Shown one piece after another: positions 10,655 through 20,160 of a DNA stretch of 64,000 nucleotides. Numbering within the stretch: the first letter of the stretch is position 1; every line of letters begins with the position of its first letter. The DNA is from an uncultured delta proteobacterium (lineage in GTDB: Bacteria > Desulfobacterota > Desulfobacteria > Desulfobacterales > JAHEIW01). The stretch lies in assembly GCA_963706575.1 (NCBI GenBank), contig CAVPNL010000005.1, positions 160,001-224,000 of the forward strand, written 5' to 3'. The position numbers and the translations under genes were made by a program. The notes under the pieces are model-generated. The model ran no database searches, was not told the origin of the DNA, and saw only the letters and a list, made by a program, of their open reading frames with translations.

Positions 10655-11647
10655 CTAAAATAAGGACCCGCTATGCGAGCCAGGCCAATTGACAGATGGA
10701 TTCAATACGGATCTTTTTCGACCCACCGTAAATTTATGGGTCCACGTCAATAGTTTTCTGCGAAATGGATGAGCGAGTAATCTCTTAATATTTTCGATTT
10801 GGGACTCCGCAGCTTTTTCTCCCTGCAAGATGACCTCTTCATAGTTCATAAAATTGGCCCAATCCACCTGCCTGACAGCTGGTTCTATCAGAAGGTCGGC
10901 GGATTCTCGCCCCCGACGACTCAAATGGTAACCCATGATTTCCGTGGCACGGGTTATCGCATCAATACCGTCTCTGATGGAAGTGGATTGCTTAATGCTC
11001 AATCCGACATCCACCGCGACAATAACGTCTGCTCCAATGTCTCCTATCAGATCCGCCGGCAGGGGATTAGCAACACCACCGTCCACCAGTAACCTTCCGT
11101 TCCAGGGCATGGGTGGCATAAAACCGGGTACCGCGCAACTTGCCATTACTGCCGCAATCAGCTGTCCCTGGTTCAGGACAATTTGTTCACCTGTATAGAG
11201 ATCGACTGCCAACGCGTTAAACGCAATGGCTGTTTGCTCGATGTTGATATCCGCTACAAAGGCTTCAACGGCATCTCTCATATCTTTCTTAGAAAACAAG
11301 GCATTTCTAAACATGGCCAGGCTGACAAAAACTTCTTTCTGTGCAAAGCGATAAATCCGATCGAACCAGTCGGCTTTTGTGCCGTCGTCCCATTGCATTC
11401 TGCAGAGCAATTTGAGATTCTTTGCATTATTACCATCTGATCCAAGAACTTCCAGGAGCTTTTGTTTCAATGCCTCGGCATCGGGGTTTGTGGCATAGGC
11501 GGCTCCCACCAAAGCCCCGATACTTGAGCCTACGATCATATCAATGGGGATATCGTTACGCTCGAGCACTTTTAAAACACCAATGTGGGCCAGTCCCCTT
11601 GCGCCGCCGCCGCCCAGGGTCAATCCCAGTTTGATGCGTTTACGCAT
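10655..11647 (-). CDS. Patatin-like phospholipase (NTE/RssA-type)
   Basis: GGGGARGLAHIG, GSSIG, DGG motifs. Confidence 0.92.
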   Translation of the reverse strand: MRKRIKLGLTLGGGGARGLAHIGVLKVLERNDIPIDMIVGSSIGALVGAAYATNPDAEALKQKLLEVLGSDGNNAKNLKLLCRMQWDDGTKADWFDRIYRFAQKEVFVSLAMFRNALFSKKDMRDAVEAFVADINIEQTAIAFNALAVDLYTGEQIVLNQGQLIAAVMASCAVPGFMPPMPWNGRLLVDGGVANPLPADLIGDIGADVIVAVDVGLSIKQSTSIRDGIDAITRATEIMGYHLSRRGRESADLLIEPAVRQVDWANFMNYEEVILQGEKAAESQIENIKRLLAHPFRRKLLTWTHKFTVGRKRSVLNPSVNWPGSHSGSLF

Positions 11648-11851
11648 TGGCTTGAATATCTCCAAAAAATGGTGAGAAAAAACGGGGAAGGGTTGAATTT
11701 TGAAAGAACGCTAATCCTATTTTTGAGATGGATTCTAGTCGTTTTCCCGCGTTCCACATACGATACTTCTTTTTTCTTTGCCCCGCCAAAAAAAATGTTC
11801 GCCCACGGATCCCGGGAGTTAAATTCGGGTGCACCATGCTCTATATGCACA

Positions 11852-11867
11852 GCAATCCATATGCCAA
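11852..11867 (-). promoter_or_regulatory. sigma54 promoter for patatin-clpX-usp
   Basis: Minus strand TTGGCATATGGATTGC = TGGCAT-N5-TTGC. Confidence 0.75.
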
Positions 11868-12116
11868 ATATTTAACCTGCTGAAATCAATATGATTAATT
11901 TTTTTTATGAATCGCGGATCGGAACTTGCAGTTCGGGTATCGAAAAAAATCGGAATCGGGAATTCCCCTCCGGCGAGGGTTTTGACTTCACAGCCTTCCT
12001 TAGGAACATTTTCCTTAAAAAGATTTTATTTGGCAGTAGCTATTTTCTCATAAGATTCAGGTACTTTTAAGGCGCATCCATTCCTTTGCGTCATGTATTT
12101 ATGCCCTGTGATAAAA

Positions 12117-12132
12117 TTGGCATATCAATTGC
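12117..12132 (+). promoter_or_regulatory. sigma54 promoter for the eRF1-like gene and downstream genes
   Basis: TTGGCATATCAATTGC = TGGCAT-N5-TTGC, about 55 bp upstream of the start. Confidence 0.78.
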
Positions 12133-12188
12133 CTATGAAAGATATTTTTGATCCTGATTTTAAAATTTGAACGAAATGGAGAATGGGA

Positions 12189-12617
12189 ATGAAAGCCTAT
12201 CAAAAAAATTATGTCGGTCTCTGGCTGGACCATCGCCAGGCAGTTATTGTGTCCATCACAGATGACGCTGAAACCATCAAGCGTATCGGTTCCGACATCG
12301 AACGCAAAGTCAGATTGTCCGGCGGGTCTCGCACCGCTAAAACGCCCTATGGGCCCCAGCAGGTTTCGGTTGACGGCAAGCAGCAGGAACGGATAAATAG
12401 ACAGTTGCACCAGTACTATCAACAAATCATTAGAAGAATTCGAGATGCCGCTAAAATCCTGATTTTGGGTCCGGGAGAGGCAAAAACCGAACTAAAAAAA
12501 GAAATGGAAAAATCCAGGGAACTCGCGTCAAAAAAAATTACGGTGGAGCCGGCAGATAAAATGACCGAAAGGCAAATTGCCGCCAGAGTCAGACAGTTTT
12601 TTACGGGTTCCCAATAA
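12189..12617 (+). CDS. Stand-alone eRF1/aRF1 domain-2-like protein (bacterial archaeo-eukaryotic release-factor-like)
   Basis: VGLWLDHRQAVIV..ILILGPGEAKTELKK..EPADKMTERQIAARVRQFF pattern; LSGGSR at the apparent GGQ-loop position. Confidence 0.65.
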   Translation: MKAYQKNYVGLWLDHRQAVIVSITDDAETIKRIGSDIERKVRLSGGSRTAKTPYGPQQVSVDGKQQERINRQLHQYYQQIIRRIRDAAKILILGPGEAKTELKKEMEKSRELASKKITVEPADKMTERQIAARVRQFFTGSQ

Positions 12618-12745
12618 AATCGTATTCGCCTTCGCCAGAATACTTCAAGGAAAACCGGCGACTCGACGGAGCTTGTCGAAGTCAGCAAGATGGATCCCCT
12701 GTTCCTATTTTTAAACCTGAATAAAAAAATGTGATGGAGTCTGTT

Positions 12746-13396
12746 ATGCTAGAATTTTTTTTCAAAAAAGAGCGCCAGCTCGAATCGCTGATTTACAGTT
12801 ACCTGGAAAATATGGGCAAAATTCAAAAACATTTTGCCAAGGCCATGAATATTTGCCTGAAAGAGGGTGTCAGTGACGATTTTTGTTTTCTGATGGATCA
12901 GACCCACAAATTTGAATCCAGAGCGGACGACCTGCGGGACGAAACCAACGAGTTGATGTATAGTCGTGCCCTGATTCCAGAATCGCGGGAGGACATCATG
13001 GCACTGCTCGAACGCGTTGATGGGATTCCGCGATCTTTTGAGCAAATCTTAAATATGATCCGGACCCAAAAACTCTCTTTCCCCGAATTTCTGATTCTTG
13101 ACATTCAGGAACTCATCCGGGTTTCAATGGAAAGCTGCGACCTGATGGCCAAGCAGATTGATGTGTTGCTAAAGAAAAAAGAAGGTATCAGAGTGCTGAT
13201 GTCGACAATCGATCAAAACGAGAGCCATTGCGATCATATTGAGCGACGGATTATCACCAAGATTTTTGATTCGGATCTCGAGCCTTTCTTAAAATTGCAA
13301 TTAAAGGAAATGGTCATCGTTATGGGCGAAATCTCGGATCAGGCCGACAGAGTATCCAAACGGATAAACATTATGACCATGAAAAGGCGGATATAA
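12746..13396 (+). CDS. DUF47 / PhoU-like phosphate transport regulator
   Basis: ESRADDLR..LIPESREDI..ESHCDHIE..ISDQADRVS; stop overlaps the start of pit. Confidence 0.9.
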   Translation: MLEFFFKKERQLESLIYSYLENMGKIQKHFAKAMNICLKEGVSDDFCFLMDQTHKFESRADDLRDETNELMYSRALIPESREDIMALLERVDGIPRSFEQILNMIRTQKLSFPEFLILDIQELIRVSMESCDLMAKQIDVLLKKKEGIRVLMSTIDQNESHCDHIERRIITKIFDSDLEPFLKLQLKEMVIVMGEISDQADRVSKRINIMTMKRRI

Positions 13397-14340
13397 TGCT
13401 GTCGCTTCTGGGAGGAATCTTTCTGGGCTGGTCCCTGGGCGCCAATGATGCATCCAATGCCTTCGGTTCAGCAGTGTCGTCACGCATGGTGAAGTTCTGG
13501 ACAGCTGCGATTTTAGCCTCGCTTTTTGTGGTGCTGGGAGCCATCCTCGAGGGCCGGGCCGGAATCGAGACATTGCAAGGTCTGACCGGGTTGACACTCA
13601 AAATGGCGGTTGTCTCATCGGTTGCCGCCGCTGTCACGGTCTCCATTATGACCCTGCTGGGTCTGCCGGTGTCGACTTCCCAGGCGGCTGTCGGCGCCAT
13701 TTTAGGCATCAGTTTTTTGAACAAACAGCTGAATGTTGCCGGTTTGGGCAAAGTGGTTGCATGCTGGTTCGGCACTCCGATCGGCGGCCTGCTGCTGGCG
13801 ATCCTACTTTATAGGGTACTGGCGGTGTTTTATAATCGCAGCCGAATGGATATGTTCGAATCCGACATCCTGCTGCGTCTGGCTTTGATTGTTGCCGGGT
13901 GTTATGCGGCCTACGCCCTGGGAGCCAACAATGTTGCCAATGTAACCGCTGTCTTTGTGGGAGCCGGGCAGTTGACTGTTTTCAGTGCTTCGGTGGTGGG
14001 CGGTTTGAGTATTGCCCTGGGTATTCTGACCTTCAGCCGCAGAGTCATGGAAACGGTTGGGAAAAAGCTGGTGCGTCTGGATCCTTTTTCGGCCCTTGTG
14101 GTGGTCCTGGCCGAAGGCCTTACGGTTCATTTTTATACATTTGTCGGGGTTCCGGTTTCGACGTCCCAGGCGGTGATCGGGGCCGTGTTAGGCGTGGGAG
14201 TCGTCAAAGGGATCAACACGGTCAGCCGGCGGACGCTAAGCAATATTTTGATCGGATGGTTACTGACACCGGCAATTGCCTGTTTTATTGCTGTTGCGCT
14301 CTATTTTGCCGTTAATCTTCGATTTATGCCTGAGTTCTGA
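13396..14340 (+). CDS. Inorganic phosphate (anion) transporter, PiT family
   Basis: LGANDASNAFG, LPVSTSQA, LGANNVAN, PVSTSQAVIG. Confidence 0.92.
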   Translation: MLSLLGGIFLGWSLGANDASNAFGSAVSSRMVKFWTAAILASLFVVLGAILEGRAGIETLQGLTGLTLKMAVVSSVAAAVTVSIMTLLGLPVSTSQAAVGAILGISFLNKQLNVAGLGKVVACWFGTPIGGLLLAILLYRVLAVFYNRSRMDMFESDILLRLALIVAGCYAAYALGANNVANVTAVFVGAGQLTVFSASVVGGLSIALGILTFSRRVMETVGKKLVRLDPFSALVVVLAEGLTVHFYTFVGVPVSTSQAVIGAVLGVGVVKGINTVSRRTLSNILIGWLLTPAIACFIAVALYFAVNLRFMPEF

Positions 14341-14406
14341 GCAAATGGCACTGATCTTCATGCTGAATCATGATGGCCTGCTGATAATTATCACACGAGG
14401 TTAAAC

Positions 14407-15780
14407 ATGCCTGAAAATAAAGTAAAAGATCAACCGCAACCGCTACATTTAGGGGAATTGATTCAATCCAACGACACAGCTCAAATCGAGGCTGTTTTTG
14501 AGGATTTACCGCCTGTAGAAATGGCCCGCATGATTTCCAGCCTCAATAAAGCCGATCACATTCATCTTCTTGAATTGCTGGGGCCGGAGGAATCCGCAAG
14601 CATAATTTCGAAAATATCCGGTCTGGGCGCGGCGGATATGGTTGCGCAACTGACTTCCGAACAGGCGGCACCGATTGTAAGTGAATTGCCACGTCAGCTG
14701 CAGGTCAACCTTCTCAGGCGCATGAGGAAAAATAGAGCCAGCGAGATACTGCACGCCATAAAACCGCACAAAGTCAAGAAGCTCGAAAGACTCATGCGTT
14801 ATCCGGAGAATACGGCCGGCGGATTGATGATCACCGAATATCTTTCATACCCTGAAGGCCTGCGGGTCAAGGCGGTCCTGGATGATCTGCGTGAACACGG
14901 CGAGGCCTATTCTGATTTTGATATTCAGTATGCCTATGTGGTTTCTGAAAGAGGCCATTTAAGCGGTGTGTTGCGGTTGCGGGACCTTCTCATGGCACCC
15001 AGAGACAGGGTGCTCAGCGAAACGATGATCAAAACGCCGCTGCACGTCAACATCAATGACTCCCTGCGGGATTTGAAGGATTTTTTCAGGCAGTATACGT
15101 TTTTGGGAGCGCCGGTAACCGACGATGAAGGCAAACTGGTCGGTGTTATCCGGAGTTCATCTGTGAGAGAGGCGGCCAACCGGCAGAACAACCAGCTGTT
15201 TTTAAAATTTGCCGGTATCGTCGGCGGCGAAGAGTCCAGGAACATGTCGCTGTTCAAGCGATCATCCCGTCGCCTGTCCTGGCTCAGCATCAACATTGTT
15301 CTTAACATTATTGCCGCCAGTGTGATTGCTTTATACCAGGACACCCTGGAAAAGGCGATTGTGCTCGCTGTTTTTCTGCCCATTATATCTGATATGAGCG
15401 GTTGTTCGGGCAATCAGGCCGTTGCCGTAAGTATCCGTGAATTGACGTTGGGGCTTGTGCGACCCCGGGAATTGGCCCGGGTGCTGGCCAAGGAATCTGC
15501 CATCGGTATGATCAACGGGATCGTGCTGGGAATTTTACTTGGAGGCGCGGCCGTCCTCTGGAAAGGAAATCCCTGGCTTGGATTGGTAGTCGGCGTTTCT
15601 TTGGCGGCCAACACGCTGGTGGCGGTGAGTTTCGGCGGACTGGTTCCGTTGATTCTGAGGGGTATGCGCACCGATCCGGCCCTGGCATCTGGGCCGCTTC
15701 TTACAACCGTGACGGACATGTGCGGGTTTTTCTTTGTGTTAAGCTTTGCGTCGATACTGCTTCCCAGGTTGGCAGGATAG
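14407..15780 (+). CDS. mgtE: Magnesium transporter MgtE
   Basis: MgtE_N + CBS pair (YPENTAGGLM), FLPIISDMSGCSGNQ, DPALASGPLLTTVTD. Confidence 0.95.
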   Translation: MPENKVKDQPQPLHLGELIQSNDTAQIEAVFEDLPPVEMARMISSLNKADHIHLLELLGPEESASIISKISGLGAADMVAQLTSEQAAPIVSELPRQLQVNLLRRMRKNRASEILHAIKPHKVKKLERLMRYPENTAGGLMITEYLSYPEGLRVKAVLDDLREHGEAYSDFDIQYAYVVSERGHLSGVLRLRDLLMAPRDRVLSETMIKTPLHVNINDSLRDLKDFFRQYTFLGAPVTDDEGKLVGVIRSSSVREAANRQNNQLFLKFAGIVGGEESRNMSLFKRSSRRLSWLSINIVLNIIAASVIALYQDTLEKAIVLAVFLPIISDMSGCSGNQAVAVSIRELTLGLVRPRELARVLAKESAIGMINGIVLGILLGGAAVLWKGNPWLGLVVGVSLAANTLVAVSFGGLVPLILRGMRTDPALASGPLLTTVTDMCGFFFVLSFASILLPRLAG

Positions 15781-15788
15781 GAAGGCTG

Positions 15789-17576
15789 ATGAAAAATATT
15801 AGCAAAAACAGTAAAATAAAAAACTCGAATGATTCAAATTTACGTGCTGATCATGCAGATTGGTCTAACCATTTGGATACAAAAGCATATTTCAGGAAGC
15901 TCAAATTGCGTTTAGGCATCGGCCTCCTGATTTCTTTTGTTGTGCCGTTGATCGCCTTATCTGCGTATTTTCATTTTCAGTTTAACTTTACTTTGAAAGA
16001 GAATGCCAAACTTAATCTGATTGCCGTTTCCGAGAGCCAGAGAAATACCGTCGATCTGTTTCTACAGGAAAGAGTCGTCAATATTTTCAGTCAATTCCAA
16101 AGTGGAGAATTCAGCCTGACACCTTCTCGGCACACCATGGAAAACTATCTGAGAAATCTAAGACGGGTCAGCGATGCATTTATTGACGTGGGTTTTCTAG
16201 ATGAAAAAGGTATCCAGATCGGCTATGCCGGTCCATTTCCCCATCTGCAGGATAAAATTTACGCCGATGAACGCTGGTTTGTAACCCTGATGCAACAGGA
16301 CCGGAACCACTTTATCAGCGACATCTATCTTGGTTTCAGAAATAAGCCCCATTTCACCATTGCCGTAAAGCAGATAATCGACGGCAATCTGTATGTGATG
16401 CGCTCAACCCTTGATCCGGATAAATTTTACATGTTTTTACGGACGATCAATCACGGCAAAGGTGCAGATTCCGCGCTGATAAATGATGAAGGCATCTACC
16501 AGATCGCGGATCCCGGTCGCGGGAAACTATTCGGATTAAGCGATTTCCAGCCTTCGAATAAAACGGGGTCCGGGGTTCAGGAAATTAAAAAAAACGGCAC
16601 TGCGATCCTGGTTGCCTATGCCTGGCTACAGGAGACGCCGTGGGCTTTGATCGTAAGAGAGCCCTTAAACATATCCCACGGGCAGATGTACCGGGCCAGA
16701 CAAATCATTATTGCCAGCACTATGCTAATTATCGTTATTGTTGCCATAGTGATCTGGTTTGCGACCAACAAGCTAATAAAAAAAGCCCAAAATAACGCCG
16801 AAAACCGGGAAGAGCTCCAGCTGCAGCTCCTGCATGCCTCCAAGCTGGCCTCGGTGGGCGAATTGGCCACCGGTGTGGCCCATGAGATCAACAACCCCCT
16901 GGCCATCGTCATTGCCACCACCGGTGTAATCCGGGATATGCTGAACCCGGAGTTTGACCTGGACGCCAGCCCAGAAAATATCCTCAAGGAGCTGGATACG
17001 GTTGATACGGCCGTTTATCGGGCGCGGGTCATTACCCGGCAACTGCTGGATTACGGGCGCAAGAATCCTCCCCGCCCGGTGGCCTGCAATCTGAATCAAC
17101 TGTTGGACGAGGTGATGAGCGGCTTCAAGCAGCGTGCATTTGAAGTCGAAAACATCAAGATAAAAAAACAGTATGACCCTGAATTGCCTTTTGTCCTTGC
17201 GGATCCCGATCAAATCCGCCAGGTATTTTTAAACCTGATCAACAATGCAGGTGATGCGATCAGCGCAGCGGGCACAATCACGATTACCACCACCGGCGAA
17301 GGTGATCACGTGCGGGTGACGATTATCGACAGCGGCCGGGGGATGACTGCCGAGCAGATGAAAAAAATATTCGATCCTTTTTATACCACCAAACCGGCGG
17401 GCAAGGGCACCGGCCTGGGCCTGAGCGTTTCCTTGAGTATTGTGAAGTCCATGGGCGGGTCCATCGATGTTCAGAGCATGCCGGGAGCCGGGAGTTCATT
17501 TACAGTTTCATTGCCAATCGACACAACAGAAAGGGGCAACGATGCAGCGGCAACCAGTGACAGCGGACAAAAATAA
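15789..17576 (+). CDS. Membrane sensor histidine kinase (Cache-like periplasmic domain, NtrB-like transmitter)
   Basis: Two TM helices, H-box GVAHEINNPL, NLINNAGDA, DSGRG, FYTTK, GTGLGL. Confidence 0.95.
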   Translation: MKNISKNSKIKNSNDSNLRADHADWSNHLDTKAYFRKLKLRLGIGLLISFVVPLIALSAYFHFQFNFTLKENAKLNLIAVSESQRNTVDLFLQERVVNIFSQFQSGEFSLTPSRHTMENYLRNLRRVSDAFIDVGFLDEKGIQIGYAGPFPHLQDKIYADERWFVTLMQQDRNHFISDIYLGFRNKPHFTIAVKQIIDGNLYVMRSTLDPDKFYMFLRTINHGKGADSALINDEGIYQIADPGRGKLFGLSDFQPSNKTGSGVQEIKKNGTAILVAYAWLQETPWALIVREPLNISHGQMYRARQIIIASTMLIIVIVAIVIWFATNKLIKKAQNNAENREELQLQLLHASKLASVGELATGVAHEINNPLAIVIATTGVIRDMLNPEFDLDASPENILKELDTVDTAVYRARVITRQLLDYGRKNPPRPVACNLNQLLDEVMSGFKQRAFEVENIKIKKQYDPELPFVLADPDQIRQVFLNLINNAGDAISAAGTITITTTGEGDHVRVTIIDSGRGMTAEQMKKIFDPFYTTKPAGKGTGLGLSVSLSIVKSMGGSIDVQSMPGAGSSFTVSLPIDTTERGNDAAATSDSGQK

Positions 17577-19611
17577 TTTAAAGCCAACGATCCTAATTAT
17601 TGATGACGAGGACCGCTTCCGGCAGGCGCTGGCCCGGCAGCTTGAAGTCAGAGACTTCAACGTCCTGGACACCAGCAACGGCGAAGATGCCATCAAAATC
17701 GTGCGTCACGACAATCCCGAGGTGGTCATCCTGGACCAGAAGATGCCGGGTATGGACGGTATCCAGACCTTAAAGGAGATCAAAAAGATCCGACCCGAAG
17801 TACAGGTGATCATGCATACCGGCCACGGCAACCTTGAAGCGGCCCGGTTAACCGGCAAGCATGATGTTTTTTGCTATCTTGAAAAACCCAGCACCCTGGA
17901 AGATTTGATAAAGGTGGTCAGGGATGCTCTGGAAGAGCGAGTCAATGCCCTTGCCCGTCACGAGATACCGGAAATTCAAAAAAGCGGACTCAAAGATTGG
18001 CTGATCGGCGTGCATAATGCCCGGCCGGGGATCATTCTGCTGGGCCTCATACTTTTTGCGGGCATGGTACTGATGCCGATGCCTCGACAGCTTGAAACCT
18101 TTCTGGTATCCAAAAAAACCGGAGAAATGGGGGAGGCCGTTGCCGGCTATTCCGATTACCGTCAGATGGAGGTCGGCCAGAGCATTGCCGAGTATTATAC
18201 CCGCAAGGCAAAATTGTACACCAAAACAATTGCCCCGGACGGCAAAGTGGTCAAGACTCCCCTTAGCACGGAGCAGGTCGCGCGGCGCGCCAAAGTCATG
18301 GTGGGAATTTTGCTGGTGGCGGCGATTTTCTGGGCCACCGGCGCCGTGCCCATCGGCATTACGGCCCTGCTGGTCGGCGTGCTGATGTATTTCTTCGGCG
18401 TGTTTCCCGCCGATCAGGTGGCACAGGCTTACGCCAAGGATTCGGTCGTTTTCATTTTCGGTGTTTTGGCCCTTGCCGCGGCCATCAGCAAAACCGGGCT
18501 GGATCGCCGCATCGGCATTTTGCTGTTGGGCACCAGCACCTCCCTAGCACGCTTTGCCTTCATTTTCGGACCCCTTTTAGCCGTTACAGCCGCTTTTCTG
18601 TCCGAACATGCCCTGGTGGCCTTCATCGCGCCCATTTTGATGCTTGTCTACCTGGGGGCGATCCGAACTGCCGGCTTAAAAAAGGACAAGAGTCTGGTGG
18701 TCATGCTGCTACTGATGCTGACATTCTGCGGCAATGTCGGCGGGCCCGGATCCCCTGCGGCCGGCGGGCGCAACGCCGTGATGCTGGGTATTTTCTCGGA
18801 TTACGGGGTCAGCCTGTCTTTCGGGCAGTGGGTTAAAATGGGAATGCCGTTTGTACCGGTTATGGCAGTGGTAATCGCGGCCTATTTTTTGCTGGTTTTT
18901 CGGAAAAAGGTGAAGATCAAACCCATCAATATTGCCGCCGAGGTCCGGCGCGAATCCGAAAAAATCGGAAAGATGACAGCCGATGAGTACAAAGCCGCAG
19001 GGGTTCTCATACTCGTTATCGTCTTGTGGACAACTCTTTCCAGCCGGTTTGGCATGGGCGGGCCGGTCATATTGTGCCTGGTGCTGTTGAATATTCTTGG
19101 GGTCCTTCGCTGGCGGGATATCAACAACATTCACTGGGATGTTGTGGCCTTGTACGCGGCGGCCAGCGCCATGGGATATGGGCTGGCCGCTACCGGAGCG
19201 GCCCTGTGGCTGGCCAGCAGCTTTATGTCTGTGCTGCCTGAAATTCTAAAGAGCGGAATCGGTCTGTGCATCTCCACCAGCTTTATCACCGGTGCTTTAA
19301 CCAATTTCATGAGCGACGGCGCCACGGTGGCGGCGGTGGGCCCGATAACCGTTCCTATGGCGACTCTGTCGGGGACCTCGCCGATTATGGTGGGGCTGGC
19401 GACCGCGTTTGCCTCTTCATTTGCCCATATGCTGATCATCGGCACACCCAACAACGCCATTGTTTTCAGCATGGCCAAAGACCCCGATACCGGGGAGCAG
19501 CTGCTGACGATGAAAGACTTTTTCATCCACGGCTTTGCGATTTTTGTTCTCAGCCTGGTGGTATTGTGGCTGTGGGCATTCTTCGGCTACTGGAAATGGA
19601 TAACCTTTTAA
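17542..19611 (+). CDS. Receiver domain fused to an SLC13/DASS anion permease
   Basis: N-terminal IIDDE..ILDQKMPGMDG..HTGHG..YLEKP; C-terminal multi-TM region with GGPGSPAAGGRNA, TNFMSDGA, IIGTPNNA; one uninterrupted frame. Confidence 0.9.
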   Translation: MQRQPVTADKNNLKPTILIIDDEDRFRQALARQLEVRDFNVLDTSNGEDAIKIVRHDNPEVVILDQKMPGMDGIQTLKEIKKIRPEVQVIMHTGHGNLEAARLTGKHDVFCYLEKPSTLEDLIKVVRDALEERVNALARHEIPEIQKSGLKDWLIGVHNARPGIILLGLILFAGMVLMPMPRQLETFLVSKKTGEMGEAVAGYSDYRQMEVGQSIAEYYTRKAKLYTKTIAPDGKVVKTPLSTEQVARRAKVMVGILLVAAIFWATGAVPIGITALLVGVLMYFFGVFPADQVAQAYAKDSVVFIFGVLALAAAISKTGLDRRIGILLLGTSTSLARFAFIFGPLLAVTAAFLSEHALVAFIAPILMLVYLGAIRTAGLKKDKSLVVMLLLMLTFCGNVGGPGSPAAGGRNAVMLGIFSDYGVSLSFGQWVKMGMPFVPVMAVVIAAYFLLVFRKKVKIKPINIAAEVRRESEKIGKMTADEYKAAGVLILVIVLWTTLSSRFGMGGPVILCLVLLNILGVLRWRDINNIHWDVVALYAAASAMGYGLAATGAALWLASSFMSVLPEILKSGIGLCISTSFITGALTNFMSDGATVAAVGPITVPMATLSGTSPIMVGLATAFASSFAHMLIIGTPNNAIVFSMAKDPDTGEQLLTMKDFFIHGFAIFVLSLVVLWLWAFFGYWKWITF

Positions 19612-19674
19612 TCAAGATCAAAGAAAGCATAATCATTTATTCCGTATAAAAGTATACAGAAAGGAGTTACGATT

Positions 19675-20160
19675 ATGGCCGAACCTAAAATTAACCTTCT
19701 AATTGTAGATGACGAAGAGCAATTTTTGGAATCCATCAGCAAAAGCTTGCAGGTACGGGATTTTAACGTTGTTGCCGTCAACCGGGGTGAGAAAGCCATT
19801 GAAGCTGCCAGAAACAACCCCTTCGACATTGCCCTTGTGGATTTGAAAATGCCCGGAATAAACGGCGAAGAGACGCTCAAGGCCCTCAAAGCAGAGCATC
19901 GGTGGATGGAAGTGATTATACTTACGGGCCATGGAACCATTGACTCGGCCGTTGAGTGTACCAAAAGCGGTGCTTATTCATATCTGCAGAAACCCTGCAG
20001 TTTGGACGAGCTTTTGGAGTCCCTAATAAACGCCTACAAAAACAAAGTCATGAACAAGAAAAAAATCGAGGAAAAGAAAATGACCGAATTGCTGAAAATT
20101 TCCCTGGCCGGCTCTCCAAGAGATATTTTGCGCAGATTGAGAGAGATTGATAAAGGCTAA
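19675..20160 (+). CDS. Stand-alone response regulator (REC + short helical tail)
   Basis: IVDDE..VDLKMPG..LTGHG..YLQKP; no DNA-binding domain. Confidence 0.92.
   Translation: MAEPKINLLIVDDEEQFLESISKSLQVRDFNVVAVNRGEKAIEAARNNPFDIALVDLKMPGINGEETLKALKAEHRWMEVIILTGHGTIDSAVECTKSGAYSYLQKPCSLDELLESLINAYKNKVMNKKKIEEKKMTELLKISLAGSPRDILRRLREIDKG

Noticed and set aside
14346..14360. sigma54 promoter upstream of mgtE (TGGCAC-N5-TTCA)
   Set aside because: The invariant -12 GC is missing.
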